Virus record (IMG/VR): IMGVR_UViG_3300049043_000112
Coordinates: 62,001 to 126,000 of that record
Reading direction: 5' to 3' (one strand)
DNA length: 64,000 nucleotides
In this document: positions 48,601-60,418 of the stretch, piece after piece
How positions within the stretch are numbered: position 1 is the first letter of the stretch
How the letters are laid out: the number at the start of each line of letters is the position of its first letter
Position numbers and translations under genes: made by a program
The notes under the pieces: generated by a model
Told to the model about the DNA's origin: nothing
Database searches by the model: none
Seen by the model: only the letters and a program-made list of their open reading frames with translations

Positions 48601-51600
48601 CAGACATTCTTATTTATTATCGTTCTCTACATCTTCTTCCAGTTGTTTATAAAGAGCATATTCATATCCGCACAAAAATGCACTTTCAACCCAAGAAATA
48701 AGAATTTGTTTCCTTTGGTTCTCATCTTCAATTCTTATGTCGTCTTCAAAGTATTCATACCGAAATGTAAATCTACCATAAAAATCTCCATAAAACCACT
48801 TATTAAATGAAAGTTGAGCATCTTCTTGAGGGTCAAGATATTCATTTGTTGGATGTTTAGTCATTCTTCCAAACTCTTAATACATTTTTGAATAAGGGCA
48901 TTCCACCTCTTTGGAGTAAGTTTCTCACTCGCATAAGAACTCCTAAAAGGATACTTATACCAAGTCAAACGGAAGTTCTCACTTGGGATTTCAAAGTTAG
49001 GTTTATCCATCTCATCTTCTTCATCACCCCAATAATAAGGACGGATGATAAAGAAGTCGTTGGAGAAATGTGGAGTATATCCATAATCTTTTTCTCCTGT
49101 TTTTTCTGTAATCGCATCAATCAGGATTTGAAATGGGCCACCCATCCATTTCTCACGAGGAACACTATATTCTTCTGTGGGATTGCCGAATAAGATTTGT
49201 CCTAGTTCAAGTTCGTTAGTCATTTCAGGTTCAGTAGTTCTTTTTCTTCATCAGTTAAGGAAGCAAGGTCTTTTTTGAGTTGTTTAAGTTTCCGTTCTTT
49301 TGCTTTTGCTTTGACTGCTTTTTCTTTTTCCAGTTGTTTTAGTCGTTTCGCATACTCTTTATCGTTTTCTTCCCGATGCTTATAAAGGTAATATTCAGTG
49401 TATTTTTCACCACCATAATCCCACTCATATTCACTTTCAATCCCTTCCCAACCAGCATCTAACTCTGCTTGTAGTGAGGTAATAATACTTTCAAGAGTTC
49501 CTTCAAGAATCCCATAATATTTTTGAGTTTCTTTGACTTGAATTCGTTTGATAGTCATTTCATTCACCTTTCAATTGACGAATTTCACTTTCAAGTTCAT
49601 AAATGCGTTCATTCATTTGGTGAAGAAGCATAATCAACGAACGACCACAGATGGTTTCACCACTATCTTCTGAAATAGCAGAAATAATATCTTCTGCTTC
49701 AGAGTTGTTGTAGGGGAAGTATTCCTTTGCGTGTGCTTCGGGATATTGAGTATCCCAAGACCTTTCAGGAATAGTTTTTTCAAAGAGAGTAGTCATTTCA
49801 GTTCTCCATAAGAAAGATGTTGGATTTCTTCTTTGGTCAAGGTTTTCATATAACCACGAGGATACTCATTATCATAAGCATTGAAGACAAAAACTGGAAT
49901 GTTTCTTTCCTTACAGATTTGTTTGAACTTTTCTTCATTCAGTTCAAACTTATGAACATAAACAACGATTGGATAATCATCCCAAAATCCAACAAGACTT
50001 TCTGGATAATAATCCCACTCAAACTCATCAAGTTCTTGAATGATTTTTTCTACATCTTGAATATGTTCTGGATTAGTGTAAATGCGTCCGTATCCTTTGT
50101 AATTGAAGGCAGTCATTTCAAATCTGGTGTTGTTTAAGGTGAAGTTTGATACAATCCATAACATCATTAAGAGTTAGACATTCTCCTTCATAAGTAAAGT
50201 CTCCATTTTCCAGATGTAGAATTTCAAGAGTGTAATAAAACATTCCTTGAGGATGATATTGTTTGATGTCAATGTGGGTTTCGTAGTCCATCAGTTCTTA
50301 TAGAGTTTGTAGATTGCGTCTGCGAGTGCGAGTGCTTCTTCTTTATCCATACAAATGTAATTAACCCTTTTATCACCTTTCTCTTTATTATAATCAAACT
50401 CCCAATAAGAAACAGTGAAACCATCGCATCCTACATCAAGATGAGTGTCTTCGGCAGTGTACCAGAAATCTTGATGTTGTTGAATACGAACTTGATTGGT
50501 GATTTTAAGAGTCATTGGTTTGGTTGCGTATAAAAGTATTATATCAAATGGAATAAGAAGAACTCACTTCCGTCCAAGGAAGAGTTTCCAGTTCCTCATC
50601 GGTAAATTGAATACCATCATCATAACTTGCTTCATTTTTGTAGAGATAAAACTGCTTAAAATTAACAACAGTCCCTCTCAAATCTCCTTCTTCATCTACT
50701 TCATAGACAAGCACATCACAATACTTATTCCTATCATAAGTCAAGATTGTTGCCTTACGAATAGGTGCTGGTTTTCCAGCAACATCACCATAACATTCAA
50801 TAGGATAATCAGTAAAAGCATCAAGCATTTGGAGTTCCTTTGTGTATGAGTGTATTATAAGGCATCCAGAGGCACCTGTGAAGTGTCCTTGTGCCAGTTC
50901 TTCAAGTGTCAGTCAAGGTTTTCAATCTCTTCACATAGTTCCAATAAATCATAACACATAATCACACCAGGAGACACTTGAAGAACATTAATCACCTCAC
51001 GGAGAGTAGCAGCAAGATGTAGGTTAGGGTCGTGCTGTGGGTCATAATAATAATGAGAAAATACTTTTCTTGCTTTTTCTTTCATAGTAGTCATAGTGCT
51101 CCCTCCTCAATCATTTTACGCATCGTTGCTTCACTAATAATGTCTTGTTCCAGTTCGTGTGGTGGTGCTACTTTGAGGTAGATTTCATAATGAAACTCAT
51201 TCATATCTTTGGAAGGGATATATCCTTTGTAAGAAATCATTTTTTGAATTGCTTTGCGGGCAGGGTCTTCCCAGTCCTCTTTGAAGTTGAACATTACAGA
51301 ACCTCACATAATGGAAAAACTCTTACACTTGAAATAAATCCTGGTTTTGTGTATTTTTCTTTGTAATCTGCTGCGAACTCTTTTGCTTGAAGTTTAGTTT
51401 CAAAAGTCCCAAAGTATCGGTGAAATGCTTCTACACCTTCATATTTGTTATAAAGTCCCACTATCCACTTATGAGAATGTTCTGGGTAGGTGTCGTTTTC
51501 TTCTATCCAAGAGTAGTATGCGTCCTTATTCATCACCAACTCCCATACTTGTCTTCAATTTCTTTCACCCGTTCCATAAAACTATCCTCTCCGTGATCGC

Positions 51601-52952
51601 CAGCATACAACCTATCAATATGATACATCACATCAGACAACTTGTGAAGATAGTGGACTTGTTCTTCCAGATACTCTATGGTTTCTGGACTATAGTTCTT
51701 CACATAACCATACTCATCCTCTTTGTTATTGTTGAGGATTTCTTCTTCCAAGTCCCTAGCAAATTGGGAAACTTGGAAGTAGCAGTAATCACCAAAGTGT
51801 CCGCCGCTCATTCTTCCTCCTCCTCATAAGGGAACATAGCATCATACTCTTCATCAGTCAGAGTAAGATACTCCACATCAGCATCTTGATGATCTTCGGC
51901 ATATATTACCTGATAACGCTGGAATTCGTTCCAGTCATTAGCAGCATATTCTATGATGCCGTTCAGAAGACAAAGGTAGTTCATCACAATACCTCCCAAT
52001 CACATTCCCAATGACAATCGTTGCTTACATTTACCCAGAAGAAGTATTTCTGGTTCTCTGATGCGAGAAACATCATACCATCACCCTTGTCCTGTTCCAC
52101 AATACAAATAGGATTGTTGTCCATCGTATTACACAGACGGTTCTTGGCTTTGCTGCTTTTGGGTCTTACGGTTACTCTTCTCATTTTGAATCTCCAATTT
52201 CAGTTTGCGGATACCAGTAATAAAATAAGCGAAGTCACGGGTTTCTGTGATAGGTTTGATTTCACCACAGACACCACACTTTGACTCATAAACAGAGGAG
52301 CATCCTACGGAATACACTCCATACTTTTTCCCGCAGTCAAAGCAGGTATTGGCAGCATTCTCAAGTTTCTTGAGTAGTGCTTTCTTCTCTTTGAGGTTCA
52401 TAGTAGAGTTCAACTCCATACTTGTTTTTGAGGTTGTCTGTGAGGTAATCATACAGCAGGTCGGCAAACCCGTAATGGGGTCTTGTGCCACTTTCTATAC
52501 TGGAACTGGTCGCCACTGTCCACATTATATCCAGTGCTTTCTTATCAGGTAGGTTCTTCATCTTCTAATGCCTCATCTAAATCCACACCTTCCAATACTT
52601 CATTTGCCCACTTCAACTTATCCATTACTTCATCCATAGGATATGTCTCTACTTTACCAAGCTCAACATCTTCTACCATTTGCATCAGGTGCTCTAAAAA
52701 GTGTTTGGGATAAATGTCATCTTCCAAACTATCCCAGAAATAAAGAGCACACTGTTCTAATGGGTCATCACTTATAAGAAGAGCATATTCTTGATAGTTG
52801 TCTCCCATCAAGTCACCCCAGTTCTTGAAAGCATACCAACAATTATACCACCCTTGAATGATACAAGAGTGCCAAATATATTCAAACCAAGTTAATTTGG
52901 TTTTTTTCTTATCAGTTCCTAAAAGAGGTCGTGAAAACATATGAAACATTCT

Positions 52953-53591
52953 TTACTTTAACATCATAGCATTTTTGTTGAAAAATATCCATCCTTTGTG
53001 TTGTTTTTGTTTTTTATTTAATACTTTAATAAATGCTGATTGGTCTAGATTATATTTTCTACATATTTCACGCATAGTATCATATTCTTCTATTACTTTT
53101 CCAGATGGAGAAACTAGAATATAACTTTTTTTAAAGTTATTTTTAAATTTTTCAATAGTTTCCTTTGATACAATTTTTCCTTTATTTAATCTACTTAATT
53201 TTTCTCTCGTCTCCAGAGTAATTATTCTATTCTTACTTTTTTCTGCTATTTTTTGTTTTGTTTCTAATGTATGCCTCTTACCATAAAAATTATTTTTTTC
53301 TCCAGAGGCAATACGACCACTTACTCCATCACCACCATCAGTTTTGTTATAGAGAATACCTGTTTCTAAATCTTTTCTACCAAACACGGCAATCATATAG
53401 ATTTCGTGCTTAAATGCTTCTTCTTCTGTTAAATTCTTTTTGAGAAATATTATTCTATCTAGATTTTTTGGTTTCCCAACTTCACCTTTACCCTTATTAT
53501 ATAATCTTCGTCCTTCTCCTTTACCTATGTAATAGGGTGTTCCATCCTCACGCAAATACGCATAAGTATAAAATCTAGGTGAATTTGCCAT
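52953..53591 (-). mobile_element. GIY-YIG homing endonuclease with NUMOD3
   Basis: FYTYAYLREDGTPYYIGKG, LYNKTDGGDG, NNFYGKRHTLETKQKIAEK. Confidence 0.88.
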
Positions 53592-53600
53592 AGTTCTACT

Positions 53601-53680
53601 CTTAAACTAACCGCATTAGTATTTATAATACAAAGGAGGAGATTTTTCTCCTCCAACCTTACAGATTGCGGTCAGTTAAG
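53601..53680 (-). promoter_or_regulatory. Endonuclease-associated cis element (copy D)
   Basis: CTTAACTGACCGCA pairs with TGCGGTTAGTTTAAG; inner GGAGGAGA/TCTCCTCC hairpin; TATAAATA at 53620-53627. Confidence 0.75.
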
Positions 53681-54846
53681 GCATTATTATTTATTCAGCG
53701 GTTTCTTCACTCCATTTGTCTAAATCTTTTATAAGGTCTTCATCTACTTCCTTCATATAATCCCAGTTCCAAGTTCTGGAAAGAATATCAATATCAAACC
53801 CAAACTTATATCCCCAGAACAGAATACCCAGTACAGTTCCACTGCCAGAAGTAATCTGAATATAGGGCCAAGATGGTTCATCATTCCAACTTACAGAAAC
53901 TTGAAGCAAACTTCTACGCTTGATGTTTAGGATCTGGACATATACTTCGTGTCCAAAATCGTAACGATGCTTGAATTTAATAAGGTCTATTTGTAGTCGT
54001 CTCCATATTCAAGGTTAGAATCTGCATTCATTAGTTCCACAGTTGTCCGATATCCTTGTGCAACTGTGACTTCGTGCTGAATTGCAATATCACGAAGTGC
54101 TTCTACATCATATTCAGGGGCAGTAATCCAACTGAAACCTTTACCGAACGTATTATCAGGATTTACAATATACCAGTGACAGGCAGTATCGGGAACAAAC
54201 ACAGAACATTTAGTCCAATCATTGTCCCATTGAGGCACTTGTACAAAAGATAGTGCCGCAAAGATAAATCCTAGAAAACTGAAAATCATTGCTCTTTGAT
54301 TACACAAGACGTGGTACAGTTCAGGTCTCCAGAAGACCCAGAGACTGTAGAAGTATGTAGTGGTGTTTTTTCTGGTGTAAGGTTATAAGAAATTGCTAGA
54401 CCTACAACAAAACCAAATAGAACAATAGCGATATTACGAGTCCGCATTAGTATCCTCAAAATCAAACCATTCATACAGAGAGTTCATCGCAGCATCAACC
54501 ACACAATCAACCACAGCATCTTGGTGTGGATTCTCTACGTGTTTATGAGCACGATTATAACCGAAACGGACACCTTCTTCCAGTGCCATCTCTAATACTT
54601 TACGAAAGTTGGGTTTCATATCAATAAGGAAGAGACTTTAGACCAGTCAGTACTTCTTGAAAGCGTTCAGCACGACTTTTGTGATGTTCTGCATTATCCT
54701 CAAGAACACTTACAATATCGTCCAGGACAACATCCACAGACGCATCAGTATCAAAGTATTGTTGGATTGCTTCGGCAAGATACCTCCGCCGACTCCATTC
54801 CATACTATAGGGTTTGTAGTCCATAATAATGGGTGTATATGGGTGT

Positions 54847-54900
54847 ATTATAGGGTATGTGTCAGGTCTTGTCAAGCACTAAAAACCCCCTTGCGGGGGT
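54847..54900 (-). terminator. GCAA-loop intrinsic terminator followed by a TTGACA-17-TATAAT promoter
   Basis: The minus strand reads ACCCCC-GCAA-GGGGGT-TTTT; -35 at 54870-54875, -10 at 54847-54852. Confidence 0.75.
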
Positions 54901-56925
54901 GTATAAGGTTTATTTAATATTCGGTTAGCATTGATCTACACAATCGTTTACAAGATTGGGTTTCTTCATCGCACTCAGTTAAACACTTAAAGTATGCGTT
55001 CATCAATTCGTGTTCGTCAATGAACTCATCTATGGTCTTTTCTAAACTATTCCAAGCAGCCAGTTGATTGAAAGAAATTAGGTTGTGCATAATAACCTCC
55101 ATGCACAAAGAATAACATAATAAAGGGAGTTTCGTTCATCCGTATCACCTCGTACAGTATACTATTATCTAGGTGTTTTGTCAGGATATCTTAACAATAA
55201 TTTATGCCTACGAGTTTATACTTATTCGTTTTCAAGTTCCGCTAGGTAATCTGTCCACCACTGGGGGTCTTTCTCATACTTCCAGTTGGGAACTTCTTTA
55301 CCGTGCTCAAAATACCAACGCCATATTGCCTTATCAATCACTTCAGCAATCTCAATCCTCCTCATTCTTAGCATCAGTGTCTCCATATGGGTTCTCCACA
55401 TAGGTTCTGTGTTCTCGTTTGGCATCTTCTCGGACATAATTGACTTCTGATACGCTAGAGGACAACCATAAAGATACTTTCATTATAACGTATATAACTG
55501 CCAGTGGAAGAAAACATAAGGAAAGTATGACTGCTTGTTTCATTCCTGCTCCAAACATTTTTCAAATTTATCTCTTAACTCATTCAGTTTCGTTTGATGT
55601 TGAAACTCCATAATATGTTCATTTAGTTCTTTTTCCTTATCAGTAAATTGCATACGATACTTTGTCTTAATATCAATCAATCGCACCATATCCATATAGT
55701 GCTCTGGACTTTTATTGACAAACTCTTCGTAGGTCAATCTCTTGTTCTCCAATCGTTTTCGTCTTCATCACGCTTAAACCAATCAAGAAGTTCATCTGGA
55801 TTGTCAAAACCACGACGACCAAAACGTTCGTGTCCCATACCACCAATATCAAGTTGGTTTAGGAAGTCATCCATTTCATCCATATCAGGGTTCTCTGCTC
55901 TCCTTCTTGCCTGACGGAGTATTGTAGCGGCAGAGCGGTTTGCTTTTGCAAGTTTTTCTGCCCAAATCATATCTTCAAGACTTACCTCTTCATGAAGTAC
56001 AATCTTCTCACAGATTGCTTCAAGTCTTAACCGATATTGTGTAGAGAGCATAACCTACTCCAAGTATGAGATTATTTATTTTCGTATTCGTCCATTAACT
56101 CCTTTGCGAGTTTCATAGAACGACGCCACATTAGATATTTTACCATAGGATTGCGTGGATTATTCAATAACCACCACTTCTGCTTTTCATAGTTAGACTT
56201 TGCTAACTTAAGCATATAATAAAAAGCAGCGGCAACACTTTCATCAGTCACGATGAAATATGCCACCACTGCAAATACGATAAACCAAGCGTAATAAGTC
56301 ATCGTCTAATAGTTTTTAGATAGTCTAGCACGTGCTCACGAACTGACATGAGTTCGTTGTAACATTTTTGATTGTGAGCACATTGGCGTAGTTCGTGATC
56401 TGGTTTATGAACACTTTCTATAAACAAATCCAAACCACGATTCCATTTGACTTCGGGAGTTTCTTCCATAATCAATGATGTAGTTGTACTATTTAACTAG
56501 TTAGAAAAACTTGTCTAAACTAGAAACCGATGCGCCTTTTGCAGACTTTTGAATGTAGGTTTTGGCGGATTTGTAGTTGTTGGCAACGTGAACTTGTTGA
56601 CCATTGTAAATGATTATAAACTTCTTACCAAATGGAACTGCTGCCCACATTCCATCTTTGGTTACATAACCTTCAGGGTCTCCTGGTGTTTCTTTTAAAA
56701 TACCAGGACGAGGAATAAAAGGTTTCTGAAACTTTTCGCTTATCCGAATACTGCAGTGACACTGATAATTTTAGCCTTAGGATTACGAGCAAGTGCAGTT
56801 TCTCTTGCATCTTGATAATCACGTGCCTCTACGATCTCATCAAAGACCTTACCAGCAACAAAAAGTTGAACTTTGCAGCGCATTGGGTGGATTCCTCCTG
56901 ATGTGTAGGTAGTATAGCAGAAAAA

Positions 56926-58155
56926 TCAGCGTTTGACCACGCTGATGGCAGGGAGACCCTCATTGAAGACGGTATCCACCACCGCTTGGACCTTCCGTGC
57001 CGTGCTGATGCCCACAGAGGAGTAGACAGGGATGCAGACCAGACCGAAGGACTTGGTGTAGTCTTGCAGTGCTCCAGGGGCAATACGACCGCTCTGGAGA
57101 CCCGCTGCGTCGTCCTTATGAAGGCGGATGACCCGTCCAATGGTCTGGGAGATGCCGATATAGTCCATAGAGCGCATAAACAGCACTGCCTCCAGACCAG
57201 ACACGTTGATGCCCTCGGACAGGATGCTATGGTGCAGAACCACAAACTTCTTAGAGTCATCCTTGCCCCAGGCACTCAGAGTGTCGAAGAACACCTCACG
57301 GTTGACCTTTTGACCATCAATTACGGCACCAGTCTTAGACGTGATATACATCCAAGAAAAACCACGATCCTCCAGTTGTTGACAGAAATCAGTCTCAGAA
57401 ACCAGAGAAACAATCTGTTTGGTTGCCTTAGAGCAAATCAGAACCTTGCCAACTTCTTGGGCATCAATAGTCTGAATCAGATTCTCACAATCGACATCAG
57501 CAACAATTTGACCCTTAGAGAGCATCTCAAACTGCTGCACAACAACCTTTGGGGGCACAATGAAACCACCCTCCACCAGTTCAGGAGCAGGGACGTTACA
57601 GATGACGTTGCCATAAACGGCAGCGTCGTTCATCCCAGGTTTGGAAACAGTAGCAGAATGCTTAGGAGTAGCAGTGAAGAAATAGCAGCGGTCAGCATTA
57701 GTAGCGAAGTGCTCCGTAGCAGGGAAAAAGTGACGCTGGACACTGTTATGCGCTTCATCGAAGTAAATGGTATCAACGTGAATATCTGCCTGTTGCAGGC
57801 GTTGCAGGGAGTTATAGGTGGTGAAAATCAGTTGGTGCTTGTATGCACGACGGGACCAGTTGTAAATCTCAGAAGGTTTAGTGGTGCTCTGGTGATGCGT
57901 CTCACCACTATGCACGTGCAGAACAGCAGCAGTCGTGATAAACTCCAGAAACTCAGCAGAGAGTTGCTCAGCAAGCAAAATGCGAGGAGCAACAACAACA
58001 ATGGTCTTAGGAGTATCGGACTGAAACTCACGCAGAGCATCAAAGATAGCAATGTTAGTCTTACCACCGCCAGTCGGAATGATCACCTGACCTTTCAGAT
58101 ACTTAGCAAGGGCATCCAGAGCACGTTGCTGGTGGGGGCGAAGTTGGATCATCAT
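56926..58155 (-). CDS. SF2 DEAH helicase (type III restriction res-subunit-like)
   Basis: LRPHQQRAL, IPTGGGKT, YFDEAH, FTATP, ILSEGINV, QTIGRVIR; early promoter and palindrome at 58175/58210. Confidence 0.85.
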   Translation of the reverse strand: MMIQLRPHQQRALDALAKYLKGQVIIPTGGGKTNIAIFDALREFQSDTPKTIVVVAPRILLAEQLSAEFLEFITTAAVLHVHSGETHHQSTTKPSEIYNWSRRAYKHQLIFTTYNSLQRLQQADIHVDTIYFDEAHNSVQRHFFPATEHFATNADRCYFFTATPKHSATVSKPGMNDAAVYGNVICNVPAPELVEGGFIVPPKVVVQQFEMLSKGQIVADVDCENLIQTIDAQEVGKVLICSKATKQIVSLVSETDFCQQLEDRGFSWMYITSKTGAVIDGQKVNREVFFDTLSAWGKDDSKKFVVLHHSILSEGINVSGLEAVLFMRSMDYIGISQTIGRVIRLHKDDAAGLQSGRIAPGALQDYTKSFGLVCIPVYSSVGISTARKVQAVVDTVFNEGLPAISVVKR

Positions 58156-58261
58156 CAACCAATTCAATACAGATATTATAACACCAGAATCGGCAGCACA
58201 AAACTCCAGTGTGCCAGTTCTGAAATTGTCCTCTCAACAATAAATAATAAAAAAAACCAAA

Positions 58262-60418
58262 ATGGCGATCAAAGTATACAAAAGAATTGGAATAAGAAGA
58301 GATAGAAATCTTGCAGACGTTTCTGATTCGACTGCTGCATTAAACAATCTTTTGGACACTCTGGTTGACGATGCTAATTCTACATTCATATCTGAAGACT
58401 TAAATGCTATTCGTAATGTATTTTCCGTAGGATTAACTAATGAAGGATATCGCCAGATTGTAGGAAGTGCAGAAATATATACAGACTCAAATGGAGTTAC
58501 ACAAACATTTTTTCCAAGAATTACATATCAAAATCGCTTAAATCGCTTTGAAACGTTTTCTGGAAAACCTAGAATTAATGGAGGCGGTGGATTAACTGCA
58601 AAATATTATAATAAAGAACAAGTTTATGAAAATACAACAGATATCTTTTCTGGAGCACCATTTAAAACTGATAATTTTTGGGAAGCAGGGCAGTTTACAT
58701 ACAGTGGAAAAATTACACCAGAAGCAGTTGACGTAAATGGTGGAGTTGAATGGGAAGGTTATTTTATTCCAACGAGCACTGGACAGCATACTTTTTATGT
58801 AGATGGTAGTACATTATTAACATTTGATTTTCAAACTCAGGGTTATGTTTCTGGCATTGGAACCTACACGGAAGTAGCAAGAGTTGGATTATCAAGTATA
58901 TTTTCTAGTTCTGGTAGTATTAATACAAATACACTTACTCTAGCAAGTGCTACAAATACTAAACATATTGGAATTGGACAGAGTGTTTCTGCTTCTGGTA
59001 TTGTTGCTGGCACTACAATTGAGTCCTATAATAGGGATAGTGGAGTTATAACACTTTTACCCCCTTCTGGCACTACATATGCTCTGTCTTCAAACGTAAG
59101 CGGAAACGTTACTTTTTTCAAAACCATAGGGCAAAGCACTCAAGTATACTATACCACATACGTATTAGAAGCATATCAAAAATATAGAATTAGATTTAGA
59201 TATTATATTCCACAATCAGTTGATGCTATTGCCGCTCAGAGGAATATTAGTTTTGTTATTTTAAGACCTGGAGGAAGCACTGATGAATTTTTAAGATATC
59301 AATATCTTTATGATTTAAATTATGATTTTAGCAATAATGCAAAAGGAACTCTTAACTCATTTCTAGATAACTCAATTATTTCTAGTGGAGGAACTTTAGG
59401 AGGAACAGCAAGTTACAACGATTATGTAAAAGTACAAACTTCCAAAAAAGTTGATATTAGATATCAACCAAAATCTTCAGTTAGTGATGTTATCAAAGCA
59501 ACTACAACTGGAACGACAGTTAACTCTTCAAATGTTGTAACCATTTCAAATACATCTGGAATTGAAGTTGGTAATTATGTATTTGGAACTGGAATTCCTG
59601 ATAATACAACTGTTAACCAAATTATCATTAATAATTCAATTATTTTAAATAATAGCGCAACTGCTTCTGGATCAGTTACCTTAACTTTCATTGACCACCG
59701 TGGACTGGTTAAAAGAGCAGTTGGAAGTGGAAGTGCTGGAACTTTTACATTAAGTAGCGGAAACACTACAGACTTGAAATCTGGAATGGTAATGATTGGT
59801 TCTGGAGTTCAGGCATATACTGGAGTTACAACAACTGGTTCAGCATCTGCATTTACAATATCTCCATCGCAAACAATTGGTGCAGGAACAACAGTTTACT
59901 TTTATCAATCTAAAGGTCTAATTAATAATGCTCTAGAACCATTTTGCACTCCATCAACTACAACTTGCTTAATTGTTTCATCACTTACAGCATCTGGTTC
60001 ATCTACAATTTCAGTTAATAGCACCACAGGAATTTCAAATGGTTGGAGTGTTCAAGGGTATCAATTTGATTCTGGTACAACAATTTCTTCCTTCACATCT
60101 AGTAGCATCACACTTAACAAACCAACAATTCGCAGTTTAATCGCTGGTGCAAACTTTACCGTTACAAATGCTAGTGGTGACAGGACACTATGCTGTCCAC
60201 CAACAGATACATCGCCACCGTTTAACCCAACATTAGATGGATTAGAAACAGTTTCTGCTTCTCCAAGTCTTAAAATTCACTCTGGAAATATCGTTTTTGA
60301 TGCTTTGACTGTTGGAACTGCAAATACAATTACAGCATACAATAGTAGCACTGATGTATCCGCGTGTCGTTTATCTATTCAGACAGCATCAGGGACTTAT
60401 AAAATCTTATGTACGTAA
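58262..60418 (+). CDS. Virion structural/adhesin-like protein with a PA14-like domain
   Basis: GGGLTAKYYN..VEWEGYFIPTSTGQHTFYV..YRIRFRY (PA14 pattern); Ser/Thr/Gly-rich beta repeats; ATAAATA late promoter at 58240. Confidence 0.7.
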   Translation: MAIKVYKRIGIRRDRNLADVSDSTAALNNLLDTLVDDANSTFISEDLNAIRNVFSVGLTNEGYRQIVGSAEIYTDSNGVTQTFFPRITYQNRLNRFETFSGKPRINGGGGLTAKYYNKEQVYENTTDIFSGAPFKTDNFWEAGQFTYSGKITPEAVDVNGGVEWEGYFIPTSTGQHTFYVDGSTLLTFDFQTQGYVSGIGTYTEVARVGLSSIFSSSGSINTNTLTLASATNTKHIGIGQSVSASGIVAGTTIESYNRDSGVITLLPPSGTTYALSSNVSGNVTFFKTIGQSTQVYYTTYVLEAYQKYRIRFRYYIPQSVDAIAAQRNISFVILRPGGSTDEFLRYQYLYDLNYDFSNNAKGTLNSFLDNSIISSGGTLGGTASYNDYVKVQTSKKVDIRYQPKSSVSDVIKATTTGTTVNSSNVVTISNTSGIEVGNYVFGTGIPDNTTVNQIIINNSIILNNSATASGSVTLTFIDHRGLVKRAVGSGSAGTFTLSSGNTTDLKSGMVMIGSGVQAYTGVTTTGSASAFTISPSQTIGAGTTVYFYQSKGLINNALEPFCTPSTTTCLIVSSLTASGSSTISVNSTTGISNGWSVQGYQFDSGTTISSFTSSSITLNKPTIRSLIAGANFTVTNASGDRTLCCPPTDTSPPFNPTLDGLETVSASPSLKIHSGNIVFDALTVGTANTITAYNSSTDVSACRLSIQTASGTYKILCT

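Larger units (their letters stand above)
41269..56905 (-). other. Hypervariable region of >40 small hypothetical ORFs interspersed with promoters and endonucleases
   Basis: Consecutive 50-230 aa minus-strand ORFs, frequent ATGA overlaps; palindromes at 43188, 44953, 47412, 47755, 50890 and 52484. Confidence 0.65.

Noticed and set aside
56986-58305. 439-aa plus-strand ORF, and similar long antisense ORFs (17277-18074, 20485-21258, 30816-31631)
   Set aside because: These are shadow frames of well-supported minus-strand genes in higher-GC sequence, with no motifs.
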